IMG/VR virus record: IMGVR_UViG_3300044613_003659
Span: 43,597-107,596 of that record
Length of the DNA: 64,000 nucleotides
Source: a virus
Direction: 5' to 3' (one strand)
The notes beneath the pieces are model-generated. The model searched no databases, had not been told where the DNA came from, and saw nothing but the letters and a program-made list of their open reading frames with translations. The position numbers were made by a program, and so were the translations under genes. Positions 5,141-15,404 of the stretch are shown piece by piece; the first letter of the stretch is position 1; every line of letters starts with the position of its first letter.

Positions 5141-6814
5141 ATGAATCGATATGATGAACTTGAATTACTGATCAAAAAATTTACCAGACCGATACCGGAC
5201 ACAGAAGAATACAATAACAGACTACAAGAAGAATTAGAAATTATTGCAAAGTTAGGTTTTGCCAAACACTTTCTTCGTGTTAGAGAAATATTAGATTTAA
5301 CAAAAGACATACCACACATTACCAGAGGTTCAGCAGGTTCAAGCTTGATATGCTACCTTATGGGTATTAGTGATGTAGATCCTATTCAGGAACGTATACC
5401 ACTAAGTCGTTTTATGAATCCACGTCGTGATGACTTGCCCGACATCGACTTAGACTTTCCACATTGGCAGCAAGAAACTGTAATGAACAGAATCTTCAAA
5501 CGGTGGTCCGGACAGAGTGCTAGAGTATCAAACTATGTGATGTATAAAGAAAAGAGTGCCGTACGTGAAGCAGCCAAACGTTATGGTGCCAAGGGTAGAC
5601 TCAAACGCAATTTCAAGCTTGAGGATGTAGTACCTGCTGAATATGTGGGCGAAGCAGAACGTCTGGCAGACAAGTTGTTAGGTAAGAAACGTTGCATAAG
5701 CAAACACTGCGGTGGCATATTGATATTTGATCGAGCTGTGCCAAAGAGTTTGATCAATGGTGAAAATCAAATCTTGCTTGACAAATACGAAATCGAAGAT
5801 CTCGAACACTTCAAGATTGATATCTTGGCCAATCGTGGACTGAGTCAACTGTGGGAAATAGATCAAAGAGATCTATTAGATTATCCAGAACACGACGAAG
5901 CAACTGCTGCATTGCTCAGCAGAGGTGATGTGCTAGGAGTAACACAGGCAGAATCACCAGCAATGAAACGACTGTTTAGAGCAATACGTCCTCAAAGTCG
6001 TGCAGACTGTGTGCTAGGTACAGCACTAATTCGTCCTGTGGCCACACAAGGTCGTCGGCGTGCATCAGCGTTTCAAGATTGGACCCGAGATAATTTGTCT
6101 GAAACTATTGTGTTTGAAGATGATGCTATAGAACTTATATCAGAAATACTAGGGTGTGACCAATATGAAGCAGACATGTGGCGTAGGGCATTTGCTAAGA
6201 AGAACGAAGAGAAGATGTTTGAGTTCATGCAAAAGGTTGGGGATCATCCTCGTAGAGATGATGTGTTGTTGGCCTTACGTGAATTGAGTCACTTTGGCTT
6301 GTGTCGTGCTCATGCCATCAACCTAGGCAGACTAATTTGGGCACTAGCGTATCAAAAAGCACATAATCCAACTCTATTCTGGCAAGCTGCTCTCAAACAC
6401 TGTCAAGGCAGTTATGCCAGATGGGTGTACTGGCAAGAAGCCAAACTGGCAGGAGCTGTTCCAGCTGTAGGTGAAGGCGGTGAAGTGGCAGACTTGTTAC
6501 AAGAAGGTCGCTGGCGTAGTGGTAGATTTATCCCGGTATGTCAAGAAATTCGTAAACCCGGGCAGGTAGAATTCTGTGGCCTAGTTGCCAACTATCGTGT
6601 GTTTAAAAGTGGTCCCAAAGAGTACATTACTTTTGCTACTCTAGGAACCGGTAACGGTAGATACCTAGATGTGATATTACCACATGCCACCAGTTTTCAT
6701 GAACAGCCTATCTTGTGGGGAACGGGCAAGTTGGGGTATAAAAATAATTCAGAATATGTTACAGTATATCGTAGCAAGAAAATGAAACTTGCAGATATCG
6801 CACATATAACATGA
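5141..6814 (+). CDS. Minimal DNA polymerase III alpha (DnaE)-like protein lacking the PHP domain
   Basis: RGSAGSS, RFMN, PDIDLDF, HCGG and KIDIL motifs; 557 aa. Confidence 0.88.
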   Translation: MNRYDELELLIKKFTRPIPDTEEYNNRLQEELEIIAKLGFAKHFLRVREILDLTKDIPHITRGSAGSSLICYLMGISDVDPIQERIPLSRFMNPRRDDLPDIDLDFPHWQQETVMNRIFKRWSGQSARVSNYVMYKEKSAVREAAKRYGAKGRLKRNFKLEDVVPAEYVGEAERLADKLLGKKRCISKHCGGILIFDRAVPKSLINGENQILLDKYEIEDLEHFKIDILANRGLSQLWEIDQRDLLDYPEHDEATAALLSRGDVLGVTQAESPAMKRLFRAIRPQSRADCVLGTALIRPVATQGRRRASAFQDWTRDNLSETIVFEDDAIELISEILGCDQYEADMWRRAFAKKNEEKMFEFMQKVGDHPRRDDVLLALRELSHFGLCRAHAINLGRLIWALAYQKAHNPTLFWQAALKHCQGSYARWVYWQEAKLAGAVPAVGEGGEVADLLQEGRWRSGRFIPVCQEIRKPGQVEFCGLVANYRVFKSGPKEYITFATLGTGNGRYLDVILPHATSFHEQPILWGTGKLGYKNNSEYVTVYRSKKMKLADIAHIT

Positions 6815-7107
6815 AATCAAGAATACACCTTTACCCACACACAGGACCCGGAACTCGCGGCTATATTGTGGCCGAACGATCTGCATTGAGATCATTAGCC
6901 AGGCATCTCGAAGACGCTGCTAGAGGCATTGTTGGATTTGAAACAGTTCGATGCTATGGATCAGATGGGCACGAATACGAACTAGTAATAGTGTGTGATG
7001 TATCAGAAGATGAATGGCAAAACTTGCCGGTACCCGATGATAAAAATTCTGATCCCAGCAAGTTAACAGTGGTCAAAACTTTTGATGAACTAAGAGGAAA
7101 TACCTAG
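6811..7107 (+). CDS. Hypothetical protein coupled to the DnaE-like gene
   Basis: ATGA start/stop overlap. Confidence 0.65.
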   Translation: MKSRIHLYPHTGPGTRGYIVAERSALRSLARHLEDAARGIVGFETVRCYGSDGHEYELVIVCDVSEDEWQNLPVPDDKNSDPSKLTVVKTFDELRGNT

Positions 7108-7296
7108 CTATTTCTTCTTGTAACTACTACACATCATTTCAAATTCTGACTGTTTAGACTGTATTTGTCCGTAGCTGGCTTTTGGATTACGCTGTCTGTA
7201 TTCTTCTTTTTGTCTTTCAATACAGGCATCATATTCATTTGAACATCCTGCTAACGACATTAATACTAATAATACCACAACAATTGCTTGTAACAT
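7108..7296 (-). CDS. Small lipoprotein
   Basis: LAGC lipobox. Confidence 0.6.
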   Translation of the reverse strand: MLQAIVVVLLVLMSLAGCSNEYDACIERQKEEYRQRNPKASYGQIQSKQSEFEMMCSSYKKK

Positions 7297-7307
7297 TTTT
7301 TTAGCTC

Positions 7308-7553
7308 CTAAACGTATTCACCAAAATTCATTGGAACAAATTCACTGGCGGGTTTGAACACAGGTTTATTAGATTCTGGGTCAAATTTTATACTAAACCC
7401 TACAAGTTGACCTTCGTCAATTATTACTTCCATATCTGTAACTTGTTTACCCGTTTCCCGCTCAACTGCGGCAACAATAATACTCTTAGCTACTTCGGCA
7501 TCTATGTTTGCTGTCATTGCAACATCAATTTTAAAGTTATATGGCATTCGCAC
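7308..7553 (-). CDS. Hypothetical protein
   Basis: ORF with AAGGAG SD. Confidence 0.6.
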   Translation of the reverse strand: MRMPYNFKIDVAMTANIDAEVAKSIIVAAVERETGKQVTDMEVIIDEGQLVGFSIKFDPESNKPVFKPASEFVPMNFGEYV

Positions 7554-7568
7554 TCCTTATACAATAAT

Positions 7569-8207
7569 TTATCTACTCATTAGATTATTAACAAAATCCA
7601 GCAAGTAACTGTGTTTTGGTGCTTGCCAACGTCGTCTCATCCATGAGTAATCTTGATACCAATGCTGTTCCGCTTCAGGATGACACCCAATCAGTCCTAT
7701 TCTATCTTGAATAATGGCCATTGGTGCTCCGTTTGGATATGATGCAATTGTTTCATATCCTGTGCCATAATAAGTACAACCATCATAAAAATACATACTT
7801 GTTTGCACACCTTGCCAATTTACTGCCATTTCTTTAGCGTGTGGCCTACGAGTGCAAGCGGTAGGATGTGTTATGTATTGTTGTACTCTAATACCATTCA
7901 TCAAACCAAAGTAATCTGTATCTGCCCAATATGCGCCCATACAAATGCCCAGATAATGACCGCCGGCTGCTACATAATTTCTGATGTCACGTTGATGTAT
8001 ACGCATTAGATAATCATAACTATCTGCTTCGCCCACTCCGCCTGGCACAGCGATCAGATCTACATCCGTGAAAAAATCCGTTTCAAGCTCGTGTCGTGTG
8101 AAGATTTTGAAGTTGTAATACTGCCCTAATGCTCTTATAATGCCGTTAGCCGACTGCACAGAGCATTTTGGTTGATGAATAAACAGAGCAATAGTGGCTC
8201 GGCGCAT
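7569..8207 (-). CDS. BPL_N / class I glutamine amidotransferase-like protein
   Basis: VPGG, YLGICMGAY and HPE motifs. Confidence 0.8.
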   Translation of the reverse strand: MRRATIALFIHQPKCSVQSANGIIRALGQYYNFKIFTRHELETDFFTDVDLIAVPGGVGEADSYDYLMRIHQRDIRNYVAAGGHYLGICMGAYWADTDYFGLMNGIRVQQYITHPTACTRRPHAKEMAVNWQGVQTSMYFYDGCTYYGTGYETIASYPNGAPMAIIQDRIGLIGCHPEAEQHWYQDYSWMRRRWQAPKHSYLLDFVNNLMSR

Positions 8208-8238
8208 GGTTGATATAATTTTACTTTGTATTTAGCGA

Positions 8239-8264
8239 TAAAAAAAGCCCTTTCGGGCTATTTT
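8239..8264 (-). terminator. Terminator after the porin gene
   Basis: AGCCC-GAAA-GGGCTTTTTTT. Confidence 0.8.
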
Positions 8265-8307
8265 GTGCTGGTTACGAGTTCCAGCTGCACTCTATCATTG
8301 TGCTCGA

Positions 8308-9714
8308 TTAAAAGTTCAATTGGCTTCTAAACATAATTGCTTGGTCGCCATTTACACGGCTACCTGAACTACCAACTAATTGATCAAACTTGGTGTCAAC
8401 ATAATTGACGGTGAATCGTAGATTGTCAGTGGCAAACCAAGTTAGGCCGTATGTGATTGCTGTAGCACGGTTAGTTTTGCCAGCAACCACTGTGATCGGG
8501 CTAGCATCAAACTCACTGGCTCGTATACCCACTTGCCAAGCACCGCGTCCACCTTTGTCTACAGGATTAGCGGGTTTAACTGAACTAAACACCCCATCCC
8601 GATAGTTATAGCTTTCACCGGTTAAATTGTACACAGCTTGAACATAATAACCTTTAATTTCTTGATCTGAACCTGTAGCAGGATCGTATCGAAAGTTAAA
8701 TTGTTCTGCTTGTACCTTGAATGCATTGTAAGCAAATGCAGCTTCTAAGCCTTGACGAGTTCTATTAGTTACGCCACTCAGAGCAGGTCCAGTGAAGAAT
8801 GTATTAGCTGAACGCGATTCTGTTCTGCCACTGGATGGAGTAACACCGCCTTTGATTTCACCTGTACTGTATGCAGCTCCCAAATGTGCAACGTAAGTTT
8901 TTACACCTTGTATGTCGGCAATATTGGTAGTAACACGACCAATATAGTCAAAGCCATCACTTACAGCATCCTTGTTGGCACGACCTCGGCTGGCTGCTAG
9001 AGCATATGTAAAACCAGGTTTTGGTACACCATGTAACATGAAGCCAGTTTCCTTACCAGGAATGAACTCGCCTTCGACCTGGCCGATCAAACTACGCTCC
9101 ATAAAGTCTATGTTATTAGAACTAGTTAATTGTTCCAAGCTGAATGGCATTTTGAATAAACCAAATTGAAACTGAGCTTCTGGATTAGCAGCGTAGTTTA
9201 CCCAGGCCACATCCATGGTAGTAGTCGAACTTGATGCTCCAACATCGTTGCCTAAGTTGCCTACAATCTCATATTTGAAATCTTTTTGAAATTGACCACG
9301 TACACCAAACCTAGCTCTACGTACTTCTGCTAGGTTCTGGTACGAATCCGTGGTTTGACCTGCACCATAAGCGGGTGAGTACTGACGATAGTCCATGTGT
9401 AATCGACCTGTAAGTTGGATGGTACTGTTTCCATCCTTGCTTTTGAGTCCGATTCCATTTTCAGCGACCGATCCATCGTTTGCTCTGGCTTGTCTGTATT
9501 TGACTGATTCACTGACATCTTTGTCGATTCTTTGTTCGGCAAACTTTTTGTTTTCCGCTTTTTCTTCGTATGCTTTGACTTTAACATCATATTCTGTTTG
9601 TGTCAATACGCCTTTGTCTCTCAAGATGTTAAGTGTTTCTAAATACTCGTCTGCATATGCAGGTACACTGAATACCAAACTGATAGCCAATGCAATTTTT
9701 GTAAATGCTTTCAT
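8308..9714 (-). CDS. OprO/OprP-family phosphate-selective porin
   Basis: Signal peptide, RRARFGVRG, FKMPFSLEQLTSSNNIDFMERS, C-terminal Phe; downstream of pstS. Confidence 0.88.
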   Translation of the reverse strand: MKAFTKIALAISLVFSVPAYADEYLETLNILRDKGVLTQTEYDVKVKAYEEKAENKKFAEQRIDKDVSESVKYRQARANDGSVAENGIGLKSKDGNSTIQLTGRLHMDYRQYSPAYGAGQTTDSYQNLAEVRRARFGVRGQFQKDFKYEIVGNLGNDVGASSSTTTMDVAWVNYAANPEAQFQFGLFKMPFSLEQLTSSNNIDFMERSLIGQVEGEFIPGKETGFMLHGVPKPGFTYALAASRGRANKDAVSDGFDYIGRVTTNIADIQGVKTYVAHLGAAYSTGEIKGGVTPSSGRTESRSANTFFTGPALSGVTNRTRQGLEAAFAYNAFKVQAEQFNFRYDPATGSDQEIKGYYVQAVYNLTGESYNYRDGVFSSVKPANPVDKGGRGAWQVGIRASEFDASPITVVAGKTNRATAITYGLTWFATDNLRFTVNYVDTKFDQLVGSSGSRVNGDQAIMFRSQLNF

Positions 9715-9723
9715 TTCGGTTCC

Positions 9724-10749
9724 TTATTTCCAAATTGGGTTACCATCAGGACCACGGAAATCTCGCTTCCAGTTTTCCTGAACTAGTTTAATTACATCGG
9801 CTGGCATGTGAACATACTCTAACTCTGTTGACATCTGGCCACCGTTCTTGTAGCTCCAATCAAAGAACTTGAGAACTGCACGACCTGTCAGTGCATCTGC
9901 TTGCTGCTTGTGCATGAGAATAAAACTTGCACCTGTAGCTGGCCAAGCATCCTTACCTGTTTGCCATGTCAGTAATAAATACATACCTGGTGCATTCGCC
10001 CAATCAGCATTAGCGGCTGCTGCTTTGAATGTAGTGTCGTCGGGTAATACAAAGTTACCATCACGATTCTTTAGTGCTGCGTATGGAATCTTATTGCGTT
10101 TTGCATATGCATATTCAACATAACCAAATGCACCTTTCAGTCTTTGTACTTGTGCTGCAACACCTTCATTACCTTTACCACCTACACCAACTGGCCACTT
10201 GACTGCTGTACCTTCGCCGACTGTCTTTTGAAAGTCTGCGTTGGCTTTACCCAAAAAGTTTGTCCAGATAAATGTGGTGCCTGAACCATCAGCACGATGA
10301 ACTACAGTGATGTTCATTGCAGGCAAGTTTACACCAGGATTCAAATCAGTAATTGCTTTGTCATTCCATTTGGTAATTTTACCAAGATGAATGTTTGCAA
10401 TTACATCAGGTGTCAACTTTAGTTTACCTGCATCAACACCATCAAGATTGTAAACTGGTACAACACCACCAATGATTGCTGGAAACTGTACTAGACCTTC
10501 TTTGTCTAGTTCTTCTTTTTTGAGTGGCATATCACTTGCACCAAAGTCAACTGTCTTGGCTTTGATTTGACGAATACCGCCACCTGAACCAATTGACTGA
10601 TAATTTAAACCAATGCCAGTTTGTGCTTTGTAGGCTTCTGCCCATTTAGCGTAGATAGGAAAAGGAAATGTTGCTCCTGCTCCAGTGAATTCTGCGGCTG
10701 TTGCAGTAACAGCTAGGGTAGCAAATACAATTGCCAAAAGTTTTTTCAT
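9724..10749 (-). CDS. pstS: Phosphate ABC transporter substrate-binding protein
   Basis: GAGATFPFPIY, YQSIGSGGG, DFGASD and RADGSGTT motifs; likely start MKKLL. Confidence 0.96.
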   Translation of the reverse strand: MKKLLAIVFATLAVTATAAEFTGAGATFPFPIYAKWAEAYKAQTGIGLNYQSIGSGGGIRQIKAKTVDFGASDMPLKKEELDKEGLVQFPAIIGGVVPVYNLDGVDAGKLKLTPDVIANIHLGKITKWNDKAITDLNPGVNLPAMNITVVHRADGSGTTFIWTNFLGKANADFQKTVGEGTAVKWPVGVGGKGNEGVAAQVQRLKGAFGYVEYAYAKRNKIPYAALKNRDGNFVLPDDTTFKAAAANADWANAPGMYLLLTWQTGKDAWPATGASFILMHKQQADALTGRAVLKFFDWSYKNGGQMSTELEYVHMPADVIKLVQENWKRDFRGPDGNPIWK

Positions 10750-10801
10750 TCTGTAATCTCCATTTAATGTGCGATGCACAATAATATTTAAACACACTAA
10801 G

Positions 10802-10819
10802 ATTACAATTCCGTTACAA
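10802..10819 (-). promoter_or_regulatory. Pho-box-like direct repeat
   Basis: TTGTAAC-GGAA-TTGTAAT (11-bp period) upstream of pstS. Confidence 0.6.
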
Positions 10820-10847
10820 AATCAGGTTTTTAACAAATTATTTTGCC

Positions 10848-10876
10848 ATAAAAAAAGCTCGCCGAAGCGAGCTTTT
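10848..10876 (-). terminator. Intrinsic terminator
   Basis: AAAAGCTCGC-TTCG-GCGAGCTTTTTTT. Confidence 0.85.
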
Positions 10877-10892
10877 GCTTTGACTTCTACGC

Positions 10893-11162
10893 TTAGTCAA
10901 CTAGGCCCATTGCAATAGCTTTGTAACCAGCTGCAATAATCTTACGGCTGGCCTTACCATGACGGTATTCGGTTACACGAACGCCATTACCTGCTTTACG
11001 GGTATTAGCATATACAGGAAAACCTGCATAACGAATTTCGCTGATGGTAGCACGTGGATTCTTGATTGAGAATCGCTTTGTGATCTGGCTAGCAGTCAGG
11101 GACTCACCGTCAAGGACGAGAGCACGGAACAACTTTCCTTGTTTTGTGTTTAAATCAAACAT
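10893..11162 (-). CDS. Winged-HTH-like small phage protein
   Basis: LTASQITKRFSIKNPRATISEIR. Confidence 0.65.
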   Translation of the reverse strand: MFDLNTKQGKLFRALVLDGESLTASQITKRFSIKNPRATISEIRYAGFPVYANTRKAGNGVRVTEYRHGKASRKIIAAGYKAIAMGLVD

Positions 11163-11213
11163 CTAATATCTCCTAAATTAAGATATGCTGTACGACAGCA
11201 TTCAAGTATTATA

Positions 11214-11423
11214 TTAGATTGTTTTGGATTTTGCAACGACTTTGTTCTTCTTTTTGTTTTTTTTCTTTACCAAACTCCAAGAGCCATCTTTGTTATCCAC
11301 CCATTCTAACACATCACCTTCTTGCCATCCTAGATCGGCTAGTATTTCGTCTGTGAATGGCAGTAAAAGATCACCAGTAACTGGGTCTTCTTCCAGTGTA
11401 ACAGTCCAACTCTTATTCGCCAT
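11214..11423 (-). CDS. AbrB/MazE-like DNA-binding protein
   Basis: LLLPFTDEILADLGWQEGDVLEW. Confidence 0.65.
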   Translation of the reverse strand: MANKSWTVTLEEDPVTGDLLLPFTDEILADLGWQEGDVLEWVDNKDGSWSLVKKKNKKKNKVVAKSKTI

Positions 11424-11583
11424 CTTTATCGCCGCGATTTCGAGCTGAACGGGTTTTAGCTGAACGTTCTTTAATTTTTACAAACTCACGAATTAAATGT
11501 CTTTCAACTTCTTTATTGAAGGACATAATTGCCATTGTTTTTTCAGACTTGTGAATTTTTACTGCTCTTGGATCGTATCCCAT
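11413..11583 (-). CDS. Small basic hypothetical protein (56 aa)
   Basis: MGYDPRAVKIHKSEK... fills the gap between neighbouring genes. Confidence 0.55.
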   Translation of the reverse strand: MGYDPRAVKIHKSEKTMAIMSFNKEVERHLIREFVKIKERSAKTRSARNRGDKDGE

Positions 11584-11584
11584 T

Positions 11585-11992
11585 TTAGTTTCCTTTCAGT
11601 TCATTTATGTGTTTACAGCTCTGTCTAAATTGAAATCCCGGACATGTACATGACCAAGCATTGTTAGAATTAATTACAACGTATTTACTACCACGACTTC
11701 CGTCAACCGAATATATTTTTTCTTGATTTTTTGTTTGTGTTTTGCTTGCTATACGACCGTCTGCGTACACAATATCGATTACACGGTCAAGTGCAATTTC
11801 TCTAGTACGTACAGGACTGTCAAAATCTGTTACGATTCTAACAAAATTTGGGGGAGTAAATTTTGTTGCTTTTTCAACAATGCCAGTAATTGTTGTTTTG
11901 TTAACTTTTAATTGTCCTATAACGTAGCTAGGAAACTCAAAAGTAATAGCAACTTTGCAACCTGGATCCGGATTAGAGAATTGTGTATTCAT
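11585..11992 (-). CDS. SWIM zinc-finger protein
   Basis: WSCTCPGFQFRQSCKH. Confidence 0.8.
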   Translation of the reverse strand: MNTQFSNPDPGCKVAITFEFPSYVIGQLKVNKTTITGIVEKATKFTPPNFVRIVTDFDSPVRTREIALDRVIDIVYADGRIASKTQTKNQEKIYSVDGSRGSKYVVINSNNAWSCTCPGFQFRQSCKHINELKGN

Positions 11993-12036
11993 GCTCTTAT
12001 TATAGCAAAGAGCTGAATTCTAGTCAATATGGAATA

Positions 12037-12399
12037 TTAAGGTAAAATTTCCCCGGTAAAACTTCCAGGTGTAGACCATTTTGGGTCTTGTAAAAATTCA
12101 TTGAATACCATGTCTAATCCTTCGAAGCTGAAATTTTCAGGAACCTCAATTATATAATCAGTTGATGTTGGTGAATAAGAAAGGCCTTCGGCTGTAAAAG
12201 TATTTAAATGAATTTCTCTTTGATACTTGATAATATTACCCCATTTTTCTACATCTTGGGGATATTTTTCTTTAATCCAGTCTAGCAACTCTTTTAGAAT
12301 ATAATTTAAGCTACCAAACTCCGAATCTATTGATGTGTATTTGTCTTGAAATTTAAACGACAATTCATCTGGTACACTAATGGTTATACGAGCTCGCAT
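12037..12399 (-). CDS. Hypothetical protein
   Basis: 120-aa ORF preceded by TAAATA. Confidence 0.6.
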   Translation of the reverse strand: MRARITISVPDELSFKFQDKYTSIDSEFGSLNYILKELLDWIKEKYPQDVEKWGNIIKYQREIHLNTFTAEGLSYSPTSTDYIIEVPENFSFEGLDMVFNEFLQDPKWSTPGSFTGEILP

Positions 12400-12455
12400 A
12401 CGATTTTTCCTATTATACAGTTATATTTATAAAAATAGGCACCTAAGTGCCTATT

Positions 12456-12775
<320 letters not shown>

Positions 12776-12776
12776 T

Positions 12777-12911
12777 TTACTTACGTAAAAACCAAATCAT
12801 ATCTAAATATTTTTGAAGATGTTTTTCTTGAACGGATTTAGCCCAACTTGGTTGTGGTAAATTCCACCCAATAAATGCACCTACCATAATCCAAAAAATT
12901 GTTTCTAACAT
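12777..12911 (-). CDS. Small membrane protein (44 aa)
   Basis: MLETIFWIMVGAFIGWNLPQPSWAK; AAGGAG SD. Confidence 0.65.
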   Translation of the reverse strand: MLETIFWIMVGAFIGWNLPQPSWAKSVQEKHLQKYLDMIWFLRK

Positions 12912-13175
12912 TGTACGCTCCTTTGTTTTTTTACATTAGAAAACCATACAAAGCACACCATAATTCAAGAAGAACATAATATCCAGCATATGCTAGTATG
13001 CATACCACTATTAAATCAACCACTGACCGAATATCATTTATTTTCATCGTCTTTGTTTTCTTTGATCCATTCATAATAGATTAAGCCTAATGCAACGGAT
13101 ATACTACCAACTAGTAAAACTCCGAGCAAAAAGCCTACAATAAAATACAAACGGTTTACTTCATCCACCTAATAT

Positions 13176-13733
13176 TTATATCACTAAATGTTTGAAATAA
13201 CTGTAATGTTGTTCAAGTGTCCAATTTTCAGAATCAATTTCTGTGCCATCATATGTAATAAATTGACTAGCAAAAACATTGCTGTAGCGACGAAATGGCA
13301 ACCACATGTCAGGAGTATGAGCAGCCCATCCGGCATCTTTTAATAACTCATGTTTGGATCTACTTAATCTTACTGTTGGTGCATTTAAACCTTGTTCAAC
13401 TGTGATTACATTTGCCAATATCAAATCACGTATCCTAGCTGCCGGTATGAGATGTTCAAAATCACAATCTTCGTCGGCGCCCACTTCGTAATAATGAGCT
13501 TTCATACCATCACGTTGTTTAATACAGTATTCATGATATCTGCGTAGATAGTAATCAATATCGTTGCGTATTTCTCTTAGCAACTGTTGATCATTCTCAA
13601 CGTTGTGATATTCTTCTACTAGCCTAACAATGTGCTTAGTGCAGTGTCCTGCTACCGTTCGATAGGTAGCAGGAGATCGCTGAGTCTTACCATAGTTTGG
13701 TGCAGTAAAATTTTCTAGCGATTCTTTAAGCAT
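13176..13733 (-). CDS. Hypothetical protein with HNH-like EHLIP motif
   Basis: DFEHLIP; overlaps the upstream nuclease gene. Confidence 0.6.
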   Translation of the reverse strand: MLKESLENFTAPNYGKTQRSPATYRTVAGHCTKHIVRLVEEYHNVENDQQLLREIRNDIDYYLRRYHEYCIKQRDGMKAHYYEVGADEDCDFEHLIPAARIRDLILANVITVEQGLNAPTVRLSRSKHELLKDAGWAAHTPDMWLPFRRYSNVFASQFITYDGTEIDSENWTLEQHYSYFKHLVI

Positions 13734-14352
13734 GTTTAATAATTTGTGTAATAAAACTACCTTTGAAACTCCAAGCAGGATAATTGTATCCACAATATCC
13801 GCTTCCTTTATAAGACAAAGTTAAATAATCACCCGAAATAGTTCCACACTGTCTGAGATGAGCAGTCAAATTATCTCTTGATGTAGAGTATCTTTTAATT
13901 TGTCTACATATAAAACGATAATCACCATCTAGTTCTTTTTTTACATAGTCAGAAAGTAAATCAAGTTTACACATAGCCCAACCAAGCACTACATATTCAG
14001 GCTGCGGGTAATCAGTCAACTTGTCATATACAACAAAAAGAGTATTCTTCATTTTTCTGTAAGGCTCGCTGTCAAAAAAAGAATAATCGTCGGAAGTAAC
14101 AATTTTACGATGTTCTGATTCGGGCATTGTACCTATGCTAATTTTTTTACCCGGCCTTGTGGTTTTTAATTCCCACGAACCAAGGTCAGGACTCCTGTCA
14201 TTGTTTGGTAGAATTCCAAAGTTTCGTTCAATAAAAAATCCTACTCTGCCGGTATTATCGTGCATGGTTTGCGAAGAACCATCTTGTTCAATAATAAAAG
14301 GCTTTCTCAAATGCCCAATTCGTTCTTCAATATACTCTTTTGAAGTTTTCAT
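13726..14352 (-). CDS. MutH/Sau3AI-like PD-(D/E)xK endonuclease
   Basis: GRVGFFIERNFGILPNNDRSPDLGSWELKT. Confidence 0.75.
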   Translation of the reverse strand: MKTSKEYIEERIGHLRKPFIIEQDGSSQTMHDNTGRVGFFIERNFGILPNNDRSPDLGSWELKTTRPGKKISIGTMPESEHRKIVTSDDYSFFDSEPYRKMKNTLFVVYDKLTDYPQPEYVVLGWAMCKLDLLSDYVKKELDGDYRFICRQIKRYSTSRDNLTAHLRQCGTISGDYLTLSYKGSGYCGYNYPAWSFKGSFITQIIKHA

Positions 14353-15404
14353 TAATTTTCCTCCGGGAATAGGCCTGGTGCAATATTGTTTGACTCAATA
14401 CCTATTTTACTGCCTTCCCCGTGATAGGGCAACACAATTGTGCCACCGTTGCGAATATACAACTCTCGCAAAAAGTTACTCATGGCCAACGGAGCATTCC
14501 AACCCGCACCCGGATGACTGTATTCCCATTGGGTCTTTGCTTTACTATGGATCCATTGCGAACTCTTGAATGTCTGTTTGCACTTGGCCAGAACTTCTCG
14601 CATCCAACCCTTGGGCAGCTGGTCCCGCACATTGGTGCTGGACAATCTATACAATTCGTACAATCCAATATAAACACCTTGATCAATTTCTTCCTGCATT
14701 TGAAAAGTTTCTTTAATTGCAGCAAGAATATCGTACAACACTTTGCCCTTTTCGTCGAGTTCAATACCTTTTTGTGCGTATTTAAAATGGCTAAAGAAAT
14801 ACTCGTTGTCACCACGCAAGGCAGCACTTCTACGAGTGTTTTTATCTTCGAGATCAATACCTAGTGCATCAAATTGGTCCTGCATGACTCGGGCACGAAC
14901 ATTCTTAATCTCTTTACTACCATTCTTATATCGTACCAAAGCGTTACGATGTAGATCGCCCGGACCCAGTCTACGAACACCTGTGTCGTTGAGCATTTCA
15001 AAAGCCAACGAAGGAAAATTGGGATCATCAGTTTCTACAATGGCACAAGGAATTTCTTTAAAGCCAAGCAAAGTGGCTGCAATAGTACGATGTTGTGCGT
15101 CATACAAAAAAATACGTCCATCACCACCAATGATACGGCATGCAGAACCCGGCGAGCAAATTCGCGGATCCCACTTCTTCATAATGTTTTTTATGTGCTC
15201 GTGTATTACGTCCCGTTGTACTTCGTAGTCAATGTAAAGATTGCCAATGGCAACCATGCTACTGGTAGGGAACGTATAGGAGTTTGCATGAGCAGCATTG
15301 CACCATACATCTAGTTGTTCTTGTGTTACGTTGAAATGAGATTTAAGGGTCTGCTCAACTTCAGCAGCAACATCGGTGAGTTTTCGAACAAGGCGCTTGG
15401 CCAT
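14352..15404 (-). CDS. ParB/Srx-like N-terminal domain protein
   Basis: IDYEVQR...YDAQHRTIAA (variant of DGQHR). Confidence 0.7.
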   Translation of the reverse strand: MAKRLVRKLTDVAAEVEQTLKSHFNVTQEQLDVWCNAAHANSYTFPTSSMVAIGNLYIDYEVQRDVIHEHIKNIMKKWDPRICSPGSACRIIGGDGRIFLYDAQHRTIAATLLGFKEIPCAIVETDDPNFPSLAFEMLNDTGVRRLGPGDLHRNALVRYKNGSKEIKNVRARVMQDQFDALGIDLEDKNTRRSAALRGDNEYFFSHFKYAQKGIELDEKGKVLYDILAAIKETFQMQEEIDQGVYIGLYELYRLSSTNVRDQLPKGWMREVLAKCKQTFKSSQWIHSKAKTQWEYSHPGAGWNAPLAMSNFLRELYIRNGGTIVLPYHGEGSKIGIESNNIAPGLFPEEN

